Shown here: positions 53,195 to 60,360 of the stretch, in pieces
How positions within the stretch are numbered: the first letter of the stretch is position 1
Layout: every line of letters begins with the position of its first letter
Assembly (NCBI GenBank): GCA_022703585.1
Contig: JAKLDJ010000003.1
Location: forward strand, 206,250 to 270,249
Source of the DNA: Candidatus Omnitrophota bacterium
GTDB lineage: Bacteria; Omnitrophota; Gorgyraeia; Zapsychrales; JAKLDJ01
DNA length: 64,000 bases
Direction: 5' to 3'
The notes under the pieces: generated by a model
Databases searched by the model: none
What the model saw: only the letters and a program-made list of their open reading frames with translations
What the model was told of the DNA's origin: nothing
Translations under genes and position numbers: made by a program

Positions 53195-53899
53195 ATGGAA
53201 GGATTCGAAAGATTTCAGGGCACGGCGGCGGAAGACGAGGCGTTTAAATATGCCCTGGCGGTTTCCTGTGTTATCCATCTATGTATCCTTGTGCCCTTGT
53301 CTATTGCTAACGCCCATCATATCCGTAAAGTCACCAAGGCTATCGAGGTCAAGTATCAGCGCCTGAAGCTGCAGCAAAAAGAGATTAGCCGGCCGGTTCC
53401 TAAAAACACAATAGCCAAGGAAGACAAGGGAAACCGTACTCAGGTGGCGTTGGGCAGGGAAGTTAACCCGGTGCCCTTTGCCAAGGACGTCTCCAAACTC
53501 TCCGAGAGCCGCTTTGAACTTCCTAAAAAACTGCCGGCGGAGGTGGTGAAGCTCGAGGTCAAGCGCAAGGTTTCTGTTCCTCCTTTAAAATCCGAGAAAA
53601 TCAACAATCCCATTTATCAGGATTATTATCAGATTGTCCGCGGCCGGATCAAGGACCGGGCCTACGCGAATTATTCCAAGCTGGATTCCGGGGAGGTCTA
53701 TTTGACGTTTGTCATTGTCTCCGACGGGACTTTAAAACAGGTCAAGATCATCGACGAGCGGACCAAGGCCAATGAATATCTAAAAACGATCAGCCTCAAA
53801 AGTATTCAGGAGTCAATGCCCTTTCCGCCTTTTCCGCCGAATTTGAGCTACCCTGAATTATCATTTAATGTTGTTATTTCTTTTGAGCTGGAGGAATAA
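53195..53899 (+). CDS. TonB C-terminal-domain-like membrane-anchored protein (hypothetical)
   Basis: One N-terminal TM segment and a C-terminal region resembling the TonB_C fold pattern (GEVYLTFVIVSDGTLKQVKII...SMPFPPFP). Confidence 0.4.
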   Translation: MEGFERFQGTAAEDEAFKYALAVSCVIHLCILVPLSIANAHHIRKVTKAIEVKYQRLKLQQKEISRPVPKNTIAKEDKGNRTQVALGREVNPVPFAKDVSKLSESRFELPKKLPAEVVKLEVKRKVSVPPLKSEKINNPIYQDYYQIVRGRIKDRAYANYSKLDSGEVYLTFVIVSDGTLKQVKIIDERTKANEYLKTISLKSIQESMPFPPFPPNLSYPELSFNVVISFELEE

Positions 53900-53901
53900 G
53901 C

Positions 53902-54381
53902 ATGGCCCTTAAACATACCGAGAATTTCTTTGTGCGCACTCTTCTTAGTAAGGTTAAGCTTAGTGAGATTATGGTGGAGGATGTGATCGCGCTAAACGTC
54001 AATGACCCTTTTAGCCGGGTCGAGGAGCTAATGAGGGAGAAGCATATCCGTCATATCCCGATCGTGGATGAACATTTCAAGCTGGCGGGTATTATTACCC
54101 AAAGGGATTTGTACCGCATCCAGCCGCCCCGCAAGGATGAAGAGGGAAACTGGTTTTACGATAAAGAGATGCTGGACAAGAATATTCTAAGGCATGTGAT
54201 GACAAAAAATCCTTTTACCTTAAGCCCCGAAAACACCGTGGCCGAAGCCCTGTTGGCTATGGTGGATAGAAAATACGGCTGTATTCCTATTGTTGATAAA
54301 AGTCAAACCCTGTGCGGTATCGTGACCCAGATTGATATTTTAAGAATAGGGGCACAGATCATAAGGGAGGGGAAGACGTAG
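53902..54381 (+). CDS. CBS-domain pair protein
   Basis: Two CBS motifs (HIRHIPIVDEHFKLAGIITQRDL and GCIPIVDKSQTLCGIVTQIDIL). Confidence 0.85.
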   Translation: MALKHTENFFVRTLLSKVKLSEIMVEDVIALNVNDPFSRVEELMREKHIRHIPIVDEHFKLAGIITQRDLYRIQPPRKDEEGNWFYDKEMLDKNILRHVMTKNPFTLSPENTVAEALLAMVDRKYGCIPIVDKSQTLCGIVTQIDILRIGAQIIREGKT

Positions 54382-54388
54382 GTTTTTT

Positions 54389-54468
54389 AGCTCTGAGCTC
54401 TGAGCCAGGAGCTATGTGCTGTGAGCTCACAGCTGCTCAAAGCTCCCAGCTCCAAGCTCAAAGCTCAA
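54389..54468. repeat. array of at least 8 AGCTC/GAGCT pentamer words
   Basis: tAGCTCtgAGCTCtgagccaggAGCTatgtgctgtgAGCTCacAGCTgctcaaAGCTCccAGCTCcaAGCTCaaAGCTCaaaac. Confidence 0.7.
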
Positions 54469-54473
54469 AACAT

Positions 54474-54502
54474 TTGACATCTTGTACGAATTTATGTAAT
54501 AT
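54474..54502 (+). promoter_or_regulatory. sigma70-type promoter (TTGACA-17nt-TAATAT)
   Basis: Near-consensus hexamers about 110 nt upstream of the ORF6N fragment. Confidence 0.55.
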
Positions 54503-54615
54503 CGCCCCTATGACGTGCCATAATTGACATTTCCACCCCCACCTTTCAACAATCAATCACATCCTAACCTTTCAGCCCACTTTCCAACTTAATATTTTTA
54601 AGGAAAGGAAATTTT

Positions 54616-54945
54616 ATGAAAAAGGGCGACTTGGAAGTCGTCGAGCAAAAGATATTTTTGCTGCGAGGTCAGAAAGTCATGATTGACCGGCATTTGGCCG
54701 AACTTTACGGTGTTAGGACAAAAGTTCTTGTTCAGGCCGTCAAGCGCAACAAGAGAAGGTTTCCTAAGGATTTTATGTTCCAACTGACGGGTCAGGAATT
54801 TAAGAGTTTGAGGTCACAATTTGTGACCTCAAACCGCGGTGGCAGCCGGTACCGGCCGTATGCCTTTACGGAACAGGGTGTCGCCATGCTCTCAACTGTC
54901 TTACTGACTTTTTCCTTTCGAATATTCAATTTGGAAGGTATCTAA
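54616..54945 (+). pseudogene. ORF6N-domain protein, N-terminal fragment (gene interrupted)
   Basis: [76 protein letters not shown] matches the ORF6N family. Family homology is lost after ...AMLSTVL and the frame hits a stop. Confidence 0.7.
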
Positions 54946-54973
54946 GGAAGAATTCTCGTCGAAAGGAAAAAGT
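54907..54973. mobile_element. 67-bp palindromic insertion with perfect 15-bp terminal inverted repeats (ACTTTTTCCTTTCGA ... TCGAAAGGAAAAAGT), MITE-like
   Basis: Seen directly. It lies inside the roughly 114-bp non-homologous segment that splits the ORF6N gene and introduces stop codons. Confidence 0.6.
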
Positions 54974-55002
54974 AGTACTGCCTTCCTCTATGAAAATTAT
55001 TA

Positions 55003-55263
55003 AGGAAAAGGCCAGTAAATAGCGAGCGTGCCATTGGCGTGAATATTGTTATTATGCGCGCTTTTGTCAAGCTGCGCGAGATATTCTCGGCGCATAAAGA
55101 GCTCGCCCAGAAACTGGCTGAACTTGAGCGAAAGGTTGAAAGTCACGACGCCCATATCCAGGGGATCTTTGAAGTTATCCGTAAACTGATGGCAGTGCCT
55201 GCCGAGAAACCAAAAAGGACAATCGGGTTTCATCCGTCTCCTGCTGACCGGTCAGGAATTTGA
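55003..55263 (+). pseudogene. ORF6N-domain protein, C-terminal fragment
   Basis: (RP)VNSERAIGVNIVIMRAFVKLREIFSAHKELAQKLAELERKVESHD...PKRTIGFHP is the canonical ORF6N C-terminal half. It is in the same frame as the N-fragment. Confidence 0.7.
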
Positions 55264-55295
55264 GGGTTTGAGGTCACAAATTGTGACCCCAAGCC
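55243..55295 (+). repeat. about 52-bp partial duplicate of the ORF6N internal segment (54782-54834), a remnant of a second ORF6N copy
   Basis: ctgaccggtcaggaatttgagggtttgaggtcacaaattgtgaccccaagcc versus ctgacgggtcaggaatttaagagtttgaggtcacaatttgtgacctcaaacc. Confidence 0.65.
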
Positions 55296-55360
55296 ACCTT
55301 CCAGAAATTAATTGACTAAAATCCCCCAGAGGCGTAGCCTAAGGGCTAGTATCCATAATA

Positions 55361-55470
55361 AGGGACGCTCTTTTGGCTCAATAGAAGTCTGTCCCTTTCC
55401 CAGGAAAAAGGGACACACTTCCATAGCACGGAAAGAGCGTCCCTGATACAGACGTGTCCCGGGAAATCAA
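55361..55470 (+). promoter_or_regulatory. GGGAC/GTCCC-rich nested inverted-repeat element in the leader of the PEP-CTERM gene
   Basis: 13-bp perfect inverted repeat AGGGACGCTCTTT (55361-73) / AAAGAGCGTCCCT (55432-44) enclosing hairpin GTCCCTTT...AAAGGGAC (55391-55414). Two more GTGTCCC words downstream. Confidence 0.5.
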
Positions 55471-55537
55471 GGTGTCCCCGAAATTCTGGTTAGGCTCAAG
55501 GGTCCAGAAATTAGCTATCGAAAGAAAGGATCGAGAC

Positions 55538-56284
55538 ATGAAGAAGATGTTTATTGCGCTTGGTTTCTTAGTTGTAGTTAATTTCGTGATAGCTTCAAAA
55601 GCTAATGCGGCCTTAATCGGCTATTGGAATTTTAATGAAGGTTTAGGGGATGTTGCTAATGACAGCTCTGGTTTTGGAAATGACGCAACTGGATTAAATT
55701 CAAGCTGGATAGCTGGTAAGCATGGTTACGGTACGAATAGCAGTAGTATTATAGTTCAACCGGATGCGTCACTTCTCCCTTCTTCAAGCCTCACTATTTC
55801 GGCCTGGGCTAGAATTGATGAATTTAATGGCCTTCAGCGTAGAATTGCGGAAATGGAATATCGCTACGGGCTTCTTTTTAATCCGCCGAATATTGATTCT
55901 CAGACGGCATTCTATCTGAATTTAAATTCGGATAATTACTCTTTCGAATATCAGGATATTCCGTTAGGGGAATGGTTTCATACGGCAGTGAGTTGGGACG
56001 GAAATATCGCACAGTATTATATCAACGGAATTCCCGTAACTCCTGTTGTTGCCGATGCAGTCATCAATCAAAATGGTGGCATCCCGCTTTTCATGGGGGC
56101 AGAGGGTTATTCTCTGGACGAAGTTCGGATTTATAATAATGCTTTGAGCCGGGAAGAAATTCTTAGAGATATGAATTTCGACAGCACTGTCATTCCAGAG
56201 CCCACAACCCTTTTTCTCTTGGGCAGCGGTATTTTAGGAACGCTTTTTAGCAGAAGAAAACTTTTCAAAGCAAGAAGGTGCTAG
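55538..56284 (+). CDS. PEP-CTERM sorting-domain protein with LamG/concanavalin-A-like lectin domain
   Basis: Signal peptide (MKKMFIALGFLVVVNFVIASKANA). LamG-type start LIGYWNFNEGLGDVANDSSGFGNDATGL. C-terminal VIPEPTTLFLLGSGILGTLFSRRK, i.e. PEP motif, TM and basic cluster. The ORF-track start at 55454 is rejected in favour of the MKKM start. Confidence 0.8.
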   Translation: MKKMFIALGFLVVVNFVIASKANAALIGYWNFNEGLGDVANDSSGFGNDATGLNSSWIAGKHGYGTNSSSIIVQPDASLLPSSSLTISAWARIDEFNGLQRRIAEMEYRYGLLFNPPNIDSQTAFYLNLNSDNYSFEYQDIPLGEWFHTAVSWDGNIAQYYINGIPVTPVVADAVINQNGGIPLFMGAEGYSLDEVRIYNNALSREEILRDMNFDSTVIPEPTTLFLLGSGILGTLFSRRKLFKARRC

Positions 56285-56297
56285 GCGCTCTTAAAAG

Positions 56298-56358
56298 GGA
56301 CAGGTCAGTTGTCCCGCCACCCCCGTCGCATGGAAGCGCAACGGGGATTAGCGGCGGG
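56298..56358 (+). terminator. nested GC-rich hairpins downstream of the PEP-CTERM gene (possible terminator or structured RNA)
   Basis: GGGACA-ggtcagt-TGTCCC, then CCCCGTCGC-atggaa-GCGCAACGGGG, enclosed by TCCCGCC...GGCGGGA. There is no clear U-tract. Confidence 0.35.
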
Positions 56359-56449
56359 ATTAACTCGGCGGCCTCGTTTAAGGATATTTAGAAACGGTCC
56401 TAGAATTCTTATGGGTACTTGTTTTTAGGGTTTAAATGAGGAGGAAACA

Positions 56450-56803
56450 ATGAAGAGAGTTAGAATTAAATGCTCACCTTTTACATCGAATTTAGAAGTG
56501 GATGATGATCTTGTATTAAAGTTACATGTGCCATATTCTGATAAGGAGGTAACGATACAAATCAACCCCAATATTCAAGACTACAAGGAGAAGAATGATA
56601 ATCCGGGGGCGAAGATTCGCCAAACGATTGTAACGACTCCAACCGATGAAACCCGAACGCTGAAATTTGACTTTAATAACATGAGAGCACAAAAAATTGT
56701 TGTTGGTGAAACGGCATATAAAATTGAATTGCTTGAAATCGGCAAAGAAGAGGCTGAAGGGCAAAGATTTCCATACTTCGATTTTTCTGTTAGTCGGGAA
56801 TAG
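56450..56803 (+). CDS. hypothetical protein (117 aa, soluble, no recognisable domain), AT-rich
   Basis: Good RBS (GAGGAGG). Open frame with no family match I can recognise. Confidence 0.55.
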   Translation: MKRVRIKCSPFTSNLEVDDDLVLKLHVPYSDKEVTIQINPNIQDYKEKNDNPGAKIRQTIVTTPTDETRTLKFDFNNMRAQKIVVGETAYKIELLEIGKEEAEGQRFPYFDFSVSRE

Positions 56804-56890
56804 AATCTTGAAATCAGGCGGTCCTAAAATTACGGGGACAGCTCTGGTATAACCGCTTGATGTCGTAAGGGATATCCAGAAACGGTCTAA

Positions 56891-57622
56891 ATGGTTAATA
56901 TTGGTTTTCTTCTTAATCTAATTAGTAGATTTATAAATATTGATAGCTTTCAAATCAGCTTATATTTCTTATCAGCACTCGGCCAGTCAATGGCAGCGCT
57001 ACTCGCCATAGGTGGAATTTTTGCAATTTATCAATTCCAAAGAATTGAAAATCGCATCGAACACACATGTAATGCGTTTAAGAACTACATTCGGGTAGCT
57101 GATCCCGATGAGCCAGGCAAATGGTTGAATAAAGATGTTATATCCCATCTATTACGTCGTTTTAAAGAGAAGAAAGATGGAGATTCTAACGATCTGCAAG
57201 ATGCGTTTATCGATTATTTTAATGAGCTAGAAGCCCTTGAGGACTTTCGTATAAAGTTGAGACAAGAACTACTGTCCCCAACCATATTAATTACTATAGT
57301 ATTTGGATTAGCATTATTCGCATTGATTGAAATGCCTCCCAATGGCTATGATATATTTACTTTATTTGGAATATTCTTACTTGGGGCTGTAGCAGTTCGC
57401 CGCTTAATTAGTTATATCTTTATGGCTCTTGGTGACCCCGATTCTAAGATTTTTAATAATCCTATCACTTCAGGGGATGAAGAGCTGAGTGAGCTCCGCA
57501 AGGTATATCTAAGAGAACGCGGACGGGAGATGCTTAAGAAATATGACATTTTACGAGCGAAATTGAAAATAAATTTGAAGAAACTTACCACCAAGATAGA
57601 GAAAGAAGAGAACGGTTCCTAA
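56891..57622 (+). CDS. hypothetical membrane protein (243 aa, about 3 TM helices, then a charged coiled-coil C-terminus), AT-rich
   Basis: TM segments at about residues 20-47, 129-147 and 155-176. Lys/Glu-rich helical C-terminus. No known family. Confidence 0.55.
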   Translation: MVNIGFLLNLISRFINIDSFQISLYFLSALGQSMAALLAIGGIFAIYQFQRIENRIEHTCNAFKNYIRVADPDEPGKWLNKDVISHLLRRFKEKKDGDSNDLQDAFIDYFNELEALEDFRIKLRQELLSPTILITIVFGLALFALIEMPPNGYDIFTLFGIFLLGAVAVRRLISYIFMALGDPDSKIFNNPITSGDEELSELRKVYLRERGREMLKKYDILRAKLKINLKKLTTKIEKEENGS

Positions 57623-57726
57623 AAAAGGGATAGCGTGATTATAGGAAAAACGGGACAATGCCCTTTTAGGCCGAATCAAGTAATGTATCGCAGGAATTAG
57701 AATGTTCTATTAACCTAAGCAAACTA

Positions 57727-59163
57727 ATGAAAAATACAAAACCAAAGGTATTTATTTCTTATAGTTGGAGTTCTCCGGGACATCAAATGCGTGTAAAGCA
57801 ATGGGCTGAGCAACTCATTGCTGATGGGATAGATGTTGTTCTGGATATTTATGATCTCAAGGAGGGACATGATAAGTTCGCGTTTATGGAAAGAATGGTC
57901 ACAGATAAAGATGTAACCCATGTCCTTGTAATTTGTGACAAAGTGTATGCAGAAAAATCTGATGCAAGAAAAGCTGGCGTTGGAACAGAGTCACAAATTA
58001 TTTCTAAAAAAGTTTATGAAAGAGTTGATCAATCGAAATTTATACCAATTGCTTGTGAATTTGCAGAGGATGGCAATCCTTATTTGCCAGTTTTCCTGAA
58101 ATCTAGAATTTGGATAGATTTTTCTTCCTCTCAGGCAGTAAGCGACAATTGGGAGAAGCTTGTTCGGCTAATCTTTGGTAAGCCGTTACATGAGAAGCCA
58201 AAACTTGGAAAGCCGCCCGTCTACATAACAAGCGATATAGCGGTTCCATCAAGTCCAGCAACAATTAAATTTAATACTTTTCGCCAGGCACTACTTCAGG
58301 GCAAAATAGGTCTTTCACTGTACAGAAATGATTTCTTATCTGCATGTATTGAGTATATCGATTCGCTTCGAACTAGGGAGAGACCTGATGTCGATTCTCT
58401 AGGAAAAAAGGTTCTTGAGGATTGCACGAAACTAAAACAAGCGAGAAATCAGATTGTTGATTGGATTTTGATAGAAAGTGGAATATCGCCAACCGAAGAA
58501 TTTTCAGAAGCACTCCTAGCATTTCTAGAAGAATTGCGTGAACTAAAATCCAGGCCAGCAGAACTTAACTCATGGAATGATGCTTGGTTTGAAGCACACG
58601 AATTATTTGTTTATGAAACCTTTCTTTATATTATCGCCGCTCTTTTGAAGTCTGGTGCATATAAAATATTACACGAGGTTTTTACTTCACATTATCTTTG
58701 CCTAATACACGGAGAACAGAAATTTGATACCTTTGATTGTTTCTATGGCTACTCTAAAACTCTTCAATCGGAATTGGCTCCAGAGGGCAAGAGGCTTTAT
58801 AGTCCTGCTGCTGAACTTATAAAAAGACAAGCAGATCGCTTGGATGTTCCATTTGAGTCTGTAATAGAAGCGGAATTGCTTGTGTTGTTAATGGCGTTTC
58901 TGATTCCCAATGTTAGATGGTATCCACAGACATTGCATTATTCTTCTTATGGCAAGGAATTCCTCTTTTTTATAAGAGCAACGCGACATAAGAATTTCTT
59001 AAAACTGGCTCAAATAACAGGGATTAATGATGTTAATCAGCTACGTGAGGCAGTAAAAGAAGGACATAAAAGACTTGGAGTGGACCAGTGGCACGATTTT
59101 CATCTTCAGGACCGCTCATTTTGGTCATCTATGAATATGGATAATTTAGATACGTTGAAATGA
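57727..59163 (+). CDS. SEFIR/TIR-like N-terminal domain protein with about 320-aa alpha-helical C-terminal domain of unknown function
   Basis: N-terminus KVFISYSWSSPGHQMRVKQWAEQLIADGIDVVLDIYDLKEGHD...HVLVICDKVYAEKSDARKAGVGTESQI...KFIPIACEF follows the bacterial SEFIR/TIR_2 pattern (kVFISYShd...Wv..la..L...G..V.lD..dl..G). The C-terminal domain is unassignable. Confidence 0.65.
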   Translation: MKNTKPKVFISYSWSSPGHQMRVKQWAEQLIADGIDVVLDIYDLKEGHDKFAFMERMVTDKDVTHVLVICDKVYAEKSDARKAGVGTESQIISKKVYERVDQSKFIPIACEFAEDGNPYLPVFLKSRIWIDFSSSQAVSDNWEKLVRLIFGKPLHEKPKLGKPPVYITSDIAVPSSPATIKFNTFRQALLQGKIGLSLYRNDFLSACIEYIDSLRTRERPDVDSLGKKVLEDCTKLKQARNQIVDWILIESGISPTEEFSEALLAFLEELRELKSRPAELNSWNDAWFEAHELFVYETFLYIIAALLKSGAYKILHEVFTSHYLCLIHGEQKFDTFDCFYGYSKTLQSELAPEGKRLYSPAAELIKRQADRLDVPFESVIEAELLVLLMAFLIPNVRWYPQTLHYSSYGKEFLFFIRATRHKNFLKLAQITGINDVNQLREAVKEGHKRLGVDQWHDFHLQDRSFWSSMNMDNLDTLK

Positions 59164-59264
59164 GAAAAACGTGCCAATCACAAAATAGTGACAGGTAGAC
59201 TGAGACAATATAACTTATGACCACCTGTGTGTTGGTTGAAAATAAAGTCTATTTGCGCAGGTTA

Positions 59265-59470
59265 AGAGCAATAACCAATAACCAAGAAACAAGCCCAGAT
59301 TGCACGCTGTAAGTTAAGATACAATAACCAAGAAACAAGATACAAACAAATTTCAATGCCCAATTACCAAACACCAACCCTGTTTCTGTTTGATTATTGA
59401 GGCGTTTGTTATTTGGGCTTTGTTTGGTTATTGTCTCTTGGTGTTTGGTTATTGTCTGTGCTGTTTGTTG
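59265..59470. repeat. about 200-bp mirrored palindrome built from AATAACCAAGAAACAAG words (left arm) and their complements (right arm)
   Basis: Left: caataaccaataaccaagaaacaag, acaataaccaagaaacaag, aagccca. Right: tgggctt, tgtttctgtttg, tttggttattgtct x2. Confidence 0.7.
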
Positions 59471-59500
59471 AGTAAATACTAAATTCTAAAGGCACAAGCC

Positions 59501-60325
59501 ATGACGATACGTAATCCCATCGTTGCCGGGCAGTTTTACCCGAAAGACAAAAAGAAGCTGGAAGGGACTATTGCCGCGCTCTTAAAGGATTATCCGGTTT
59601 CCGGCATACAAAAGCGCGCCGTAAAAGGGATCATTCTTCCTCATGCGGGCTATGTGTATTCCGGCATGGTGGCCGCGCAAACTGTGTCATACTCCGAGCT
59701 CAAAGATACTTTTGTTATTTTGGGACCTAATCACACCGGTTTAGGGGAGGCTTTTAGTGTGATGAGCGCTGGCCTCTGGCATATGCCGATGGGGGATGTT
59801 GAAATTAACGAGGACTTGGCGCAGGCGATGCTTGAATCCTCAAGTTATCTTAAAAAAGATACCCTGGCTCATCACTCCGAACACTCTATCGAAGTTTTGA
59901 TTCCGTTATTGCAGTATTTTAATCAAAGTATTAAAATGGTTCCCATCGTTATCAGCCACGCTGATATATCGGCTTACAAAGAAATTGCCGGGGATATATA
60001 TCAGGCGATTATGAAACTTGGGCTAACGGATCAAGTGACGTTGGTCGCAAGCTCGGACATGACCCATTACGAATCACAGAAATCAGCCCAGGCAAAAGAC
60101 CGCCAGGTTATTAGCGCAATCGAGCGGCTGGATGTGCAGGGGTTATTAAAGTGTGTTGAGGATTCCGACATTAGCATGTGCGGGGTGGCGCCGGTCGCGG
60201 TCATGCTGGAAATAGCAAAAAAGTTAGGGGCAAAACAAGCTGACCTGGTCCAATACCGCACCAGTGGAGATGTTACCGGTGACCAAAATTCGGTCGTAGG
60301 TTACGCGGGGATGAGGGTGTATTGA
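59501..60325 (+). CDS. Memo1-like / AmmeMemoRadiSam system protein B
   Basis: IVAGQFYPKD...ILPHAGYVYSGMVAA...DMTHYES is the Memo/AmmeMemoRadiSam-B signature. Confidence 0.8.
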   Translation: MTIRNPIVAGQFYPKDKKKLEGTIAALLKDYPVSGIQKRAVKGIILPHAGYVYSGMVAAQTVSYSELKDTFVILGPNHTGLGEAFSVMSAGLWHMPMGDVEINEDLAQAMLESSSYLKKDTLAHHSEHSIEVLIPLLQYFNQSIKMVPIVISHADISAYKEIAGDIYQAIMKLGLTDQVTLVASSDMTHYESQKSAQAKDRQVISAIERLDVQGLLKCVEDSDISMCGVAPVAVMLEIAKKLGAKQADLVQYRTSGDVTGDQNSVVGYAGMRVY

Positions 60326-60360
60326 GCGTTTTGGAAATCTTATTGGGTAGAGCATTGAAT

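Noticed and set aside
54616-55263. ORF6N split as a simple sequencing frameshift
   Set aside because: The two halves are in the same frame and are separated by about 114 bp of foreign sequence with stops and a perfect 15-bp TIR palindrome. This is not a single-base indel.
55454-55537. N-terminal 28-codon extension of the PEP-CTERM ORF (MSREIKVSPKFWLG...)
   Set aside because: The MKKM start at 55538 is immediately followed by a classical signal peptide. The extension would bury the signal peptide and lacks an RBS.
57623-57667. Rho-independent terminator after the 3-TM gene (AAAAACGGG-acaatg-CCCTTTT)
   Set aside because: Stem is only about 7 bp with a bulge, and the T-run is part of the stem rather than a trailing U-tract. 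Too weak to call.
54382-59500. Integrase/transposase/prophage genes delimiting the island
   Set aside because: None found by eye in any frame. Island status rests only on AT-richness, repeat boundaries and the ORF6N/MITE debris.
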